DNA of 64,000 nucleotides, taken from contig NC_042997.1 in assembly GCF_006345805.1 (NCBI RefSeq), positions 168,454,001-168,518,000 on the forward strand. Reading direction: 5' to 3'. This stretch comes from Octopus sinensis. Taxonomy: Eukaryota. A model generated the notes under the pieces. That model made no database searches. It was given only the letters and a program-made list of their open reading frames with translations, and was not told the DNA's origin. Below are positions 49,305 to 62,515 of the stretch, one piece after another. The translations under genes and the position numbers were made by a program. The first letter of the stretch is position 1; every line of letters begins with the position of its first letter.

Positions 49305-52300
49305 TAGGCGCAGGAGTGGCTGTGTGGTAAGTAGCTTGCCTACCAACCACATGGTTCTGGGTTCAGTCCCACTGCGTGGCATCTTGGGCAAATGCCTTCT
49401 GCTATAGCCTCGGGCCGACCAATGCCTTGTGAGTGGATTTGGTAGACGGAAACTGAAAGAAGCCTGTCGTATATATGTATGTATATGTTTGTGTGTCAGT
49501 GTTTGTCCCTCTAGCATTGCTTGACAACCGATGCTGGTGTGTTTACGTCCCCGTCACTTAGCGGTTCGGCAAAAGAGACCGATAGAATAAGTACTGGGCT
49601 TACAAAGAATAAGTCCCGGGGTCGATTTGCTCGACTAAAGGCGGTGCTCCAGCATGGCCGCAGTCAAATGACTGAAACAAGTAAAGAGAGTAGTGTGAAA
49701 GGACACCCTTCATAAACTGAGACCACTAGACTCCGTGTTATTGTAATAACAAAGGCTCTCGTTGTTATTTTGATCCGGGTTGGATATCTTCGCGTGTTCA
49801 GTTTCCAAGTTGTGATGGTAACTTTTCCCACGAATATCATTGTTAAGTGATTCTCTATCTTATCATTTCTATATCATATGTAAATGCTATTTATGTCCAC
49901 TAAACATGTTTTTTTGTTTCTGGATTGTTGAGGAAAAAACTTAATTCTAATTCCTGGTTTAGTATGAGAGTGTGTAGCGATTTACAGATAGTTGACTGCA
50001 TAGTACAATTTAGATTATCAGTTCTTCTCACATTCACTCCTTTCTTGTACCATACTCATATCTTTTGGGAAGTATATATCTATTTCATGTAATTGCACAC
50101 CACACGCCTATACTGAAAATGATATATATAATGTTATTGCATCTGGAATATTTTCCCTAGAAGGTTGAGTCTGCAACCAAGGTTCGATTCCCGGCAAGAG
50201 CTCATTCTTTTATTCAACGAAGCACAAAAATGATATATAATCCAGCAAGTGAATCTTTTTGCAGTTACTCGACCTCCTCGAAATAGAAGCTGGACTTTCT
50301 TTAAACCACGCCCCAGCCAGTGGTGAAACTACAATTGGTGCTACTTTGGCGTGTGATCTACAACTTAGAGGGTGATTACTTTAGGTTACTTTTTAGTTTA
50401 CTTTTCAATTTCTAAAATCCCTTAAGATGTCGGCTAAAGATTTTTACAATGTGGTCGGCGACGAGACGAAGGTAGTTGTATTTTTACGAAGAAATGGCCT
50501 TTTAGATAATGAAGAAAATGCTGCACCATGTCATCGTTGCGGTGGAGAAATAAAAGAAGCTCAAGGAAAAGGGGGAAACGGTGAAATTTTGCCAACTTAT
50601 CAGTCTAACCGCACCGGAAATGTTTTTTCTATTATATTAATTCAAATAACAAAATCCATTGCAATCTTTCTCTGTGTCAAATTTTCGAATTAATTATTTT
50701 CATTTTATTCAAGATGTCTCTTATGATAAGTTGCATCAGTTAACTGGTAGAAGTACTGAATCAAAATTTCGCGATTTTTCTTTTAGAAAACTCCTCCGAG
50801 TTTTCCTTGGATGGGAAAACTCCTCCGAAAAGCACAACATAATGCGCTTAAAACATATCTGAACAAAAAGAAAAAGCGGTATATAAAGAAAAATACGTGA
50901 TGGAAATTGGGATGTCCTATTAATTTATAAACTGAAAACAAATAATATACAATATTAGGCGCAGGAGTGGCTGTGTGGTAAGTAGCTTGCTAACCAACCA
51001 CATGGTTCCGGGTTCAGTCCCACTGCGTGGCATCTTGGGCAAGTGTCTTCTGTTATAGCCCCGGGCCGACCAATGCCTTGTGAGTGGATTTGGTAGACGG
51101 AAACTGAAAGAAGCCTGTCGTATATATGTATGTATATGTTTGTGTGTCAGTGTTTGTCCCTCTAGCATTGCTTGACAACCGATGCTGGTGTGTTTACGTC
51201 CCCGTCACTTAGCGGTTCGGCAAAAGAGACCGATAGAATAAGTACTGGGCTTACAAAGAATAAGTCCCGGGGTCGATTTGCTCGACTAAAGGCGGTGCTC
51301 CAGCATGGCCGCAGTCAAATGACTGAAACAAGTAAAGAGAGTAGTGTGAAAGGACACCCTTCATAAACTGAGACCACTAGACTCCGTGTTATTGTAATAA
51401 CAAAGGCTCTCGTTGTTATTTTGATCCGGGTTGGATATCTTCGCGTGTTCAGTTTCCAAGTTGTGATGGTAACTTTTCCCACGAATATCATTGTTAAGTG
51501 ATTCTCTATCTTATCATTTCTATATCATATGTAAATGCTATTTATGTCCACTAAACATGTTTTTTTGTTTCTGGATTGTTGAGGAAAAAACTTAATTCTA
51601 ATTCCTGGTTTAGTATGAGAGTGTGTAGCGATTTACAGATAGTTGACTGCATAGTACAATTTAGATTATCAGTTCTTCTCACATTCACTCCTTTCTTGTA
51701 CCATACTCATATCTTTTGGGAAGTATATATCTATTTCATGTAATTGCACACCACACGCCTATACTGAAAATGATATATATAATGTTATTGCATCTGGAAT
51801 ATTTTCCCTAGAAGGTTGAGTCTGCAACCAAGGTTCGATTCCCGGCAAGAGCTCATTCTTTTATTCAACGAAGCACAAAAATGATATATAATCCAGCAAG
51901 TGAATCTTTTTGCAGTTACTCGACCTCCTCGAAATAGAAGCTGGACTTTCTTTAAACCACGCCCCAGCCAGTGGTGAAACTACAATTGGTGCTACTTTGG
52001 CGTGTGATCTACAACTTAGAGGGTGATTACTTTAGGTTACTTTTTAGTTTACTTTTCAATTTCTAAAATCCCTTAAGATGTCGGCTAAAGATTTTTACAA
52101 TGTGGTCAGCGACGAGACGAAGGTAGTTGCATTTTTACGAAGAAATGGCCTTTTAGATAATGAAGAAAATGCTGCACCATGTCATCGTTGCGGTGGAGAA
52201 ATAAAAGAAGCTCAAGGAAAAGGGGGAAACGGTGAAATTTTGCCAACTTATCAGTCTAACCGCACCGGAAATGTTTTTTCTATTATATTAATTCAAATAA

Positions 52301-52606
52301 CAAAATCCATTGCAATCTTTCTCTGTGTCAAATTTTCGAATTAATTATTTTCATTTTATTCAAGATGTCTCTTATGATAAGTTGCATCAGTTAACTGGTA
52401 GAAGTACTGAATCAAAATTTCGCGATTTTTCTTTTAGAAAACTCCTCCGAGTTTTCCTTGGATGGGAAAACTCCTCCGAAAAGCACAACATAATGCGCTT
52501 AAAACATATCTGAACAAAAAGAAAAAGCGGTATATAAAGAAAAATACGTGATGGAAATTGGGATGTCCTATTAATTTATAAACTGAAAACAAATAATATA
52601 CAATAT
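49305..52606. repeat. 1651-bp tandem duplication bounded by three SINE-A copies (49305, 50956, 52607)
   Basis: Units 49305-50955 and 50956-52606 are near identical. Confidence 0.97.
50427..50780 (+). mobile_element. Merlin/IS1016-like transposase N-terminal remnant (second copy at 52078-52431)
   Basis: FLRRNGLL...APCHRCGG...then frameshifted FFYY..SN.K.HCNLSLCQIFEL...LTGRS. Confidence 0.5.
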
Positions 52607-52773
52607 TAGGCGCAGGAGTGGCTGTGTGGTAAGTAGCTTGCTAACCAACCACATGGTTCCGGGTTCAGTCCCACTGCGTGGCATCTTGGGCAAGTGTCTT
52701 CTGTTATAGCCCCGGGCCGACCAATGCCTTGTGAGTGGATTTGGTAGACGGAAACTGAAAGAAGCCTGTCGTA

Positions 52774-52815
<42 letters not shown>

Positions 52816-53571
52816 ATATATATATATGCGTGTTTATGTGTCTGTGTTTGTCCCCCTAGCATTGCTTGACAACCGATGCTGGTGTGTTTATGTCCCCGTC
52901 ACTTAGCGGTTCGGCAAAAAAGACAGATAGAATAAGTACTGGGCTTACAAAGAATAAGTCCCGCGGTCGATTTGCTCGACAAAAGGCGGTGCTCCAGCAT
53001 GGCCGCAGTCAAATGACTGAAACAAGTAAAAGAGTAAAAGAGTAATATTCTAAAAAAATTATTTTTCTTGCTTTTCTGTTTCCAAAAATTTCAATGACAC
53101 AGTAAATCTATTTTGTCTTTTAGCTGTTCTGAAAACAGTTATGGAAAGATTTCTCAACCACAAGGTGCTCATAATAAGATCTAAGGTAATTTTTTTATAA
53201 GCTTAATTTGGAAAAACTCTTACCGCTAGCAACAGCAGTTTTAAGAAAAATCTGCTGCAGTATTACAATGTTAGGAACCGACTTCACACTAGGATAATCT
53301 GTAAATGCTCTTTCAGGTTTCTATTTCATTTTTACTTACAAAAACTACAATAAAGCGTTGAAGTTTCTTTCTTTCAACTTTTATCAATGTCTTTATCTTT
53401 CAACTCTTTATCAATGTCTTCGTAATAGGGATCTTGTGGACACTCATATTTATAATCAAAAAGATTTAACGGAGCAACGAAAACTTTCTTAGCAAGTTAA
53501 TGAAGTTGCTAAATTTCGTTTTCGGATTTGGTTTGCAAGATTCTTTATATGAGTTCGTGTGTTGAAGCATA

Positions 53572-53853
53572 TTCTGTTGTGTCTGGGGAGAGTAATTTTC
53601 TTTTTGTGCCTTATAATGTAACACACTCACCGGTAAAATTTCCACTTATTTCTTATTTCTATTTTCCTAAAATTTTCGTTGCGTCTTGCAACCTTTTCAA
53701 GACTATTGATGGAAAGTATATAGTCTTGAAAAGGTTGCAAGACGCAACGAAAATTTTAGGAAAATAAAAAAAGAAAGAAGTGGAAATTTTACCGGTGAGT
53801 GTGTTACATTATAAGGCACAAAAAGAAAATGACTCTCCCCAGACACAATAGAA
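53572..53853. repeat. Palindrome (~135-bp arms, 13-nt loop) within Penelope-like debris
   Basis: TTCTGTTGTGTCTGGGGAGAG...AAGACTAT / ATAGTCTT...CTCTCCCCAGACACAATAGAA. A further inverted pair lies at about 53870-53915 / 54290-54335, and a degenerate CPCG GIY-YIG-like motif near 54240. Confidence 0.9.
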
Positions 53854-55087
53854 GTTGCTAAAATCTCAAGGTTATTTCTTGAATTACTCTGTTCAACGAA
53901 GAAAACATTTTATTCTCAATGCAGTTTTATACTGTATACCAACATCTCGTGATGTTTCACAAATTATTTGTTTTCTTCTTCCTACATCGACAGTGACGCT
54001 CCATTATCATCCACTGATCACCAAATATTTTTTTGGCGTAGGTGGAATATTTTTTGCCATTATTCCCATAACTCGCTAGCTTACATATTCATACAGAGTA
54101 CAACGTTACAGGGTATTTCGGAAAAGTTCATTTCATTGCTGATATCAGAGCTTCCTTGGCAGAATAATATATCAACCACATTTCTTCACTGTTTGGTAGT
54201 TAACAACAAAAACCTGTCATATGTTAGTTTTCTGGTTTGTCCTTGTGGAGATCACGAGATGCTGGCAAGCAGCACGAAAATGCGTTAAGAAAAGGTTTTC
54301 TTCGTTGAATAGAGTGATTTAAGAAATAACTGAGATGAACCGACAACCGTTTCCACCAAGGAACCTTAAAATCTGCTCCTAATACGCCCGAAAAGAAACA
54401 AATTTTGCCTAACTTTCTGAAATATTTCTTTTCGAATTCCTTCTTGACCTAATCCTGGGATTATTGTTACCATTTTACAACTAATATCACTTACACTAGT
54501 TTCTGTAATATATTTATATTTTATAACTATTAAATGTTAAACAAATATTTTGATCAAATATATTTGGGAGATATTTGACCTGTACAAAGGCTTTGCCGTC
54601 AAGAAGCTTTCTCGCTTTAAATAAAAGGTGTTGAAAAATACCAGCAGTCTTTTCGGGGTGACCTCATTCGACAGAATGATGAATACATTTTTCGCTTCTC
54701 GGCAGTCATCAGTACTGTGTACTGCAAGAGTAGATGAACCCTTGAAATAACTGTTGATGTTTTTCAACACCTATTGTCTAAAGCGAGAAAGGTTCTCCAC
54801 GCAAATTAGCAGTGAACGCAGCTTTTGTACTAATCATATACCGTAAATTCCGGGCTATAAGCCGCTACTTTTTTTTCCCACACTTTGAACATTGCGGCCA
54901 TTACTATGGTGCGGCTAAAGCATGTTTTTTTTTTTGTCATGCCGTGAAAAACATTTTGCCTCACAACACCAATCAAATTGATGAGTAGGTCACAGAGGTC
55001 CAATGAAATTGTGCGATAAATCAAGATCACTTTCACAATTCAATTACCGGTATTATAAATCTGTCATTTGTATTCACCCTCATCAAC

Positions 55088-56327
55088 ATGAAAAACACTC
55101 GAAGAAAAGCATATAATGCAGCTTGTAAGTTGAAGCCGGTCAATCTGGCGGTTGAAGAAGGAAATCGAGCTGCTGCACGTAAACTTGGCATAAATGAATC
55201 AATGGGGCGATGGTGGAGACGCCAGCAGGAAGAACTGAATCAGTGCAAAAATACGACAAAAGCTTTCAGAGGTAACCATAGCAGATGGCCCGAACTTGAA
55301 AACTTTCTTGAAGACTGGGTTAACACGCGGAGAACAGGCAGCTGCGGTGTTTCCACGGTGCAGATCAGACTGCAGGCTAAAACAATCGCCACCGAAATGA
55401 AAATCGATGATTTCAGAGGTGGGCCATCGTGCTGTTTTAGATTTATGAGAAGAAAAGGCCTGTCCATCAGGGCACGCATGACTTTGTGTCAGCAGCTCCC
55501 TCCCGACTACGAGGGAAAACTTGTTAACTTTCGCACATTCACTCAAACAAAGATAGCGGAGAATTCCATCGGGCCAGAAAATATCATAAATATGGATGAA
55601 GTACCTTTGACATTTGACCTGCTTCTCGGTCGGACTGTTAATAAAAAAAGTGACTCGTCCATCACACTGAAAACAAGTGGCCATGAGAGAACGCATTTTA
55701 CCTGTGTTCTGAGCCACACAGCATCCGGGCTAAATTTTCCACCGTGGTGAAAGTCAATAAGAAAAGTTGGATGATAGAGAGCCTAATGAAGGATTGGCTC
55801 AGAGAGTGCTACGCCAAGCAACCTGGGGGGATTTTTTCACACAAAAGAAAGCATTGCTCGTTATGGACAGCATGAGAGCCCATATAACAGATTCAGTGAA
55901 AGCTGCCATCAAGAGTACAAACTCAATTCCAGCTGTGATTCCTGGGGGTATCACTAAGTATTTGCAGCCACTTGACATCAGCGTGAACCGGGCATTTAAA
56001 GTGCCATTGCGCCGTGAGTGGGAGGATTGGATGACGAGCGGCGAGAAATCTTTCACCAAAACAGGCCGCATGCGAAGAGCATCTTTCACTCAAGTTTGCC
56101 AGTGGATCCTAAATGCGTGGAGCCGTGTCAAAACATCCACCATCACCAACGGGTTTCGAAAAGTTGGACTGCTGCGTGATGAAGAGGACCAGGTGCGCTC
56201 AAGTGAGAGCGACAACGAAGAGGCTGAAGTGAGTGACGAGATCATGAGGCTGTTCAATTCAGACACTGAAGAAGAGGACTTCGATGGTTTCAGTGCACAA
56301 GAAGAAGATGAAGAAGGCGATCAATGA
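55088..56327 (+). pseudogene. Frameshifted pogo transposase (Brinker-like HTH, CENP-B HTH, DDE_1)
   Basis: NMDEVP...VMDS-x35-PLD. Deletion and frameshifts at about 55740-55850 split it into 220-aa and 186-aa ORFs. Confidence 0.92.
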
Positions 56328-56417
56328 CTTTTGACCTTGTAGGCTGCAGTGTGTGTGTGTGTATATTTATATATATATATATTATATATATATTATATAT
56401 ATATATATATATTATAT

Positions 56418-56464
<47 letters not shown>

Positions 56465-56465
<1 letters not shown>

Positions 56466-56872
56466 AGGCGCAGAAGTGGCTGTGTGGTAAGCAGCTTGCT
56501 TACAAACCACATGGTTCCGGGTTCAGTCCCACTGCGTGGCACCTTGGGCAAGTGTCTTCTACTATAGCCTCGGGCCAACCAAAGCCTTGTGAGTGGATTT
56601 GGTAGAGAGAAACTGAAAGAAGCCCATCGTATATATGTATATATATATATGTGTGTGTGTATGTTTGTGTGTCTGTGTTTGTCCCCCTAGCATCGCTTGA
56701 CAACTGATGCTGGTGTGTTTACGTCCCCGTCACTTAGCGGTTCGGCAAAAGAGACCGATAGAATAAGTACTGGGCTTACAAAGAATAAGTCCCGGGGTCG
56801 AGTTGCTCGACTAAAGGCGGTGCTCCAGCATGGCCACAGTCAAATGACTGAAACAAGTAAAAGAGTAAAAGA

Positions 56873-56873
<1 letters not shown>
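56465..56873 (+). mobile_element. SINE family A nested in the pogo element
   Basis: Head TAGGCGCAGAAGTGGCTGTGTGG to tail GTAAAAGAG. Confidence 0.9.
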
Positions 56874-56931
<58 letters not shown>

Positions 56932-56939
<8 letters not shown>

Positions 56940-57858
56940 GTAGAAAAATACAACATGGACAAGAACGTATAACTCTTAGAAGACGATACAATAAACACGG
57001 ACAGGACATTCGAAACCCTCAGTCTTCAGTCAAGAACCGGATCATCGTAGTAATTTCGGCTGATTAATCTTGAGATTACTAGATCACGGCCAGCCCTCCA
57101 AGAAAAACTAAGCAACGAGCATTAGAAAAACTAAGCTGGGAGCGTAGATTTCCTGGAAGAAGGATCGAATGCATACGAACACCGGGACAGCAAAAGGGAC
57201 GAATATAAAAGGCAAAAAACAATAATGGAATACAGAAACATGAAATACAGAAGCATTAACGGTGAAAACAACAAGTGTCTTACGACTGATAACAAGCAAA
57301 CAAATTTTCTCTGGCGCATTTAGGAAAGGAGCCTTATCGGCGATGCCTTGGCGGCGGACGAAAAACAACGATGTTAACACGTCGCTGGTGGGAAGCTGAG
57401 AGGCAGATTTCGGCCAGCGGTCACGTGACAGAGAAGAGAGAAAAGAAAAGAAAGAGAAGCAAAGGAAGGAAGAGAGAGAGAGAAGAGAGAGAGAGAGGAG
57501 GGACAAACGCAACAAGGGGAGAGAAGAGAGAGAAAGAAGGAATCAGAGAGGAGAAGGGATGGGTGTCGAAGATTGACCTGTGAGTGCAGAGCGAGACAAA
57601 GAAATGGAAGGGTAGGGGAAGAGTAGACCAAAGAATCAGAGGAAAGAGAAGAGAAAAAGAGGATGAGTAGAGAGAAAAGAGAGAGAAGGGGACAGATCAA
57701 GTAAAAGTGAGAGAGAGAGAGAGAGACAAACAGAGAGTCGTACCAATTTTTAAGAATATGTGCTCACATTAATGTTAAGAGGGTACGTAGCGCCTGGAAT
57801 ATATATTAAGGTATGTAGAAAAATACAACATGGACAAGAACGTATAACTCTTAGAAGA

Positions 57859-57863
<5 letters not shown>
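56932..57863. mobile_element. 932-bp non-coding element with perfect 57-bp terminal direct repeats, inserted in (TA)n
   Basis: TAAGGTATGTAGAAAAATAC...TTAGAAGACGATA at 56932-56988 and 57807-57863. Confidence 0.85.
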
Positions 57864-57921
<58 letters not shown>

Positions 57922-58949
57922 ATACCGGTCGTTAAGAGGAATGTTGTTCGTGCACTGTTCAGTAAAAAAGCATAAGCAACGTAATTTGTGTTACTGGTAC
58001 GTACGTATACTCAAAAGTAGCCGTGTTGCAGACAGAGATCGAAAAAAAAAACGTTTGCAATATGTGTTCGCTTATGTTACCATACGGATTAAATTAAAAG
58101 TTAATAAATTCTCACGTGTAATATTACAACGTTGGACACCTGCGGTTTAAAATCCGGTGCGGCCTGTACAAATACAAAATTGATTTCCGTTCTAAAATGC
58201 GGCTTTTAATCAGGTGCGCTCTGTAGTCCGGAATTTACAGTATGTCCCAAATATATTTGACCCGATCTATATGTTTGTTATTCACAACACTGCTTTCATG
58301 CATCCACTACAATATTAAATGTTATACTTATAGATTATAAAATATATTTTCAGAATTTCATGACCTAAATGCATTTACACCAATGTCCTCAAAAAAAACA
58401 AAAAAATCATCATTAATTTCGTACAAGCAAGGCCTCGTACAAAATTTCTTGCATGTATAATGGAAGGCAAGGTTTACGATATCAGAAGAATATCGCCTTC
58501 TTCCATTATCTCTTTTTGTTATTTGTGTAGTTCAGGCTCCGGCAGGTGAAGAGGGAAGACTTCAAGTACAAATGCAATTTACAACTGGTTTTATTTACAA
58601 GTTTTACAGGATAGGTGAAGTGTGCTACTCTCAGCAACCATCTTTAGCTGTGTGCGTTGTGTAGTAGCTCCGTTAGTGTGGGCACATTGCCTCTGGAGGT
58701 ACAATATACAGACAGGCCCAGCCAGTGGAGTGCGCTCAGCAAGCGCTGCTGCTAAGAGACGGAAAGAAGAGGCGGCAAAAGAGAGATATTTCTTTATTTA
58801 TCTATAAAAAGGTTTACATAGAGGGGACATTACAAGGACAGACAAGGGACATGTAGGATGCAAACACGCTTCTTATATACACTATGAAAAGACAGATGGA
58901 TTTACATATATTTTGCGGATGGGAGTTAAAAATATAAATGATGATTGGA

Positions 58950-59510
58950 TGAAATTTGGGTCCGGGTTAGTGAATTAAACCGCCGGTTGGTTATCCCTTT
59001 TGGTAATCTTTTTCCTTTCTTTTATGTTCCGACCGACCGTGCAAGCACAGCCTCGTACATTCTCATCTTTCTTACCACTATCGTCCATCTTTTTCCAAAC
59101 GCTTTTTGCGGCAGGCTCCTCTTCTCCAGACGGATCTTGCTGGACAGATGGGCAGCGAAGTAATTCACCAGCCCACGTCCGGAGATGAATTGACCTGTCG
59201 CAATCCCTTTTGCTCGCGTCTTCCATACCACATCTTTCAGTATGGTTACTACGCAGAGAAAAGCTACCTTCTTTTCTTTGGTGAAAGAGGAAGGAGGTGC
59301 AATCTTTGAGGCGGCAAAAGAGAGAGAATCTCAAACTGTTTTGCCCTTATATACAGTTTGCCATCGTGAGCCTCGTTGTGATCTTGCGCATGGCAAATAG
59401 ATGCAGATGAGGTCTTGCTCCAGTCTTAGCGATGGCAATGGCTGCTGCGAGATTTCTTCCAATATGGCACTGACTTCTTGTGCCGCTGCAAGGGCTCCCC
59501 ACTGAGTGCG
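58950..59510 (-). mobile_element. Tx1-like LINE ORF2 C-terminal remnant
   Basis: YFAAHLSSKIRLEKRSLPQKAFGKRW and an upstream degenerate Cys-rich block. Confidence 0.45.
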
Positions 59511-60654
59511 GAAGTGCGAAAACAGAATAATTGGATATTTTTTTAATTTTCTACGTTTTGAGTTCAAATTCTGCCTAGATGAACTTTGTCGGTCATCAAA
59601 TAAAGGATATGTCTCATTTATTTATGATAGTAGAATGTGATTTGAGGAATATTTGGTTGCTATTTTTATCAGGTCTCGTAACCAATTCTTTCTTTAGTGC
59701 AATATGTGATTCGTTGGTGGATCTTCGTTGGACGAATTAACTGGTAGTGACCGAACATTTCACAGTACGTGTACCTTCAACATAATTCTTAGGTAGAATC
59801 AGTGTGACATATAGTCTCGCCTTTCGAATTACAGGTATCATCCATCTGACTACCCAATTTCACTCACAAGGTATGGGGTGGAGGTGGGGAGCTTCTTAAA
59901 TATCTTCCTATCACCAGAACATTTCCAAATTTTCTATACTGATATAGTTTTGCATGCTGATAATGAAAATCACATTAATTTTTCTTTTCTTTTTCTTTTT
60001 TTTTTTGTTTCTTGAAATGAATAATAACACTTTCTACTAAAGGCACAAGGCCTGAAATTTTGGGCGTAGGGATATTCGATTATGGTACTTATTTCATCAG
60101 CCTTATTTCTTATACCTTCAGTACTTATTTCATCAAGGCAGCGAGCTGGCAGAAACGTTAGCACGCCAGGCGAAATGCGTAGCCGTATTTCGTCTGTCGT
60201 TACGTTGTGAGTTCAAATTCCGCCGAGGTCGACTTTGCCTTTCATCCTTTCGGTGTCGATAAATTAAGTATTTGTTACGCAATGGGGTCGATGTAATCAA
60301 CTTAATACCTATGTCTGTCCTTGTTTGTCCCCTCTATGTTTGGCCCCTTGTGGGTAATAAAGAAATAGGTACTTATTTGATCAGCCCCGAAAGGATGAAA
60401 GGCAAAGTCGACCTCGGCGAAATTTGAACTCAGAATGTAAAGACAGACACGATGCTGCTAAGCATTTTGCTAGGTGTGCGAACGATTCTGTCCGCTCACC
60501 GCCTTCCTCGAAATGAATAATAATAAAAACAAAACTGACAAGCTTTTAAAGCTATATAATTTTAGTCAATCATAAGCCTCCATTGTCAGCATCCTGGAAG
60601 TTGCAGTTGTCTGTTTCAATAGAAACAGCATAACATTGTCCTTGTTATCAATAT

Positions 60655-61052
60655 ACTCTCTTTACTCTTTTACTTGTTTCAGTCATTTGACTGTGGCCAT
60701 GCTGGAGCACCGCCTTTAGTTGAACAAATTGACCCAGGACTTATTCTTTGGAAGCCTAGTACTTATTCTATCGGACTCTTTTGCCGAACCGCTAAGTTAC
60801 GGGGACGTAAACACACCAGCATCGGTTGTCAAGCGATGTTGGGGGGACAAACGCAAACACACATACATATATATATATATACATATATACGACGGGCTTC
60901 TTTCAGTTTCCGTCTACCAAATCCACTCACAAGGCTTTGGTCGGCCCGAGGCTATAGTAGAAGACACTTGCCTAAGGTGCCACACAGTAGGAGTGAACCC
61001 GGGACCATGTGGTTGATAAGCAAGCTACTTACCACACAGCCACTCCTATGCC
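60655..61052 (-). mobile_element. SINE family A
   Basis: Reverse complement of 8413-8810. Confidence 0.9.
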
Positions 61053-61792
61053 TTGTTTACATATGTTTACTTTAAGAAAAGGAAAACATTACGATACCTT
61101 GAATTTTTTTACTTAAAAAGAATTTAATGAAAGAAAACAAAAATGAAAAATTTAATGTTATGCAATCTCAGTTTTTTTTTTTTTTTGATTAAATAGGAAG
61201 AAAACTGTTCAGCATTAATGAAATTGTGCTGCTTTTTCTTCTGTCTTCGTACTTCCAAACAAAGTCACAAAATTCACTGTTGAAGCACTCAATTTATAGG
61301 AAAAGGAAAATCAATCATGTATTTAAGACAAAAACAAATCCAGTTTGCTGTACTTGGGATGGAAAACACGTCAGTAACATTGTTTATGTCAAGATTGTTC
61401 CCATGAAAACAGTTTCCATGTTTCCCGTGGAAACAGACAATTGTGGCTTCCAGTATGTTGGCAATGGAGACTTCTGATTGGCTAACATTACATAAATTTA
61501 AAGGCTTGTAACTTTTTCTTATTAGTTTCTACAGAAAATGAATGAGATTTTTGTCATCAGCATGCAAAACTACATCAGTGCAAAAAATCTGAAAAACATT
61601 CTGAAGATGGGAAGAAATTTAATAAGACCCCCTACTACATATTCTTATGTGTATTTGAATGCAGTCTCTGGGGTGTAATTTTTTTTAGCTATATTGTTTG
61701 TTAGAGTCTCTCTTTTTACACCAAAGTGACCTTTGTGGTATGCATGCAGATGATAGTTAAAAAATTAGGTTGTCATGTGCCTTTTGTTGTTT

Positions 61793-61861
<69 letters not shown>

Positions 61862-62109
61862 GGATGACACATTCCATATATTTCATAAGCATAACTAGCA
61901 ATTTTGTTACAAATTTTTTGAGGCACATTTTCAATATACCCTTCTATGCTGAATCTAAATTTGAAATCAGGTTTTTCCATATCAGGATTAGTTTCCTAGC
62001 AACACTATATTCATTTTTCCCATTTCCTTTAGTGTAATTACTGATAAGAAGAAAAAAAGAAACTAGTGTATCATGTTAGTTATTATAACTATAATTAGAA
62101 ATTTTAGGA

Positions 62110-62515
62110 TTCTTTTATTCTTTTTCAGACATTTTATTCTTATTTCAGACATTTGACTGTGGCCATGCTGGATCACCATCTCAAAGGGTTTTTAGTAGAA
62201 GTCATTGACTCCAGGATTTATTCTTTGTAAGCTTAGTTCTTATTTTATCAACTCTTTAGCCAAACTGCTAAGTTACAGGGATGTAATCACACTGACATCG
62301 ATTGTCAAGTGATGATGGGGGCACAGACACACACACACACATAAATATATATACATATATACAAGCTTCTTTTAGTTTCTGTCTACCAAATCTACTCACA
62401 AGACTTTGGTCAGCCCAAGGCTATAGTAAAAGAAACTTGCCCAAGGTGCCATGCTGTGGAACTGAACTCAGAACCATGTGGCTGGGAAGCAAACTTCTTA
62501 TCACACAGCCAGTTG
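62110..62515 (-). mobile_element. SINE family A, older copy
   Basis: Diverged reverse complement of the family. Confidence 0.8.

Larger units (their letters stand above)
54841..58240 (+). mobile_element. Passer/POGK-type pogo transposon (DD35D) with nested insertions
   Basis: TIRs CCGTAAATTCCGGGCTATAAG / CTGTAGTCCGGAATTTACAG, TA TSD at 54839-40 and 58241-42; nested SINE-A, (TA)n and a 932-bp element. Confidence 0.92.

Noticed and set aside
61380-61470. Minus-strand KSPLPTYWKPQL resembling a BPI C-terminal exon of an upstream paralogue
   Set aside because: Weak acceptor, no companion exons found, and neighbouring frames look like retroelement debris (HADD, NIVY..CGFQYVG).
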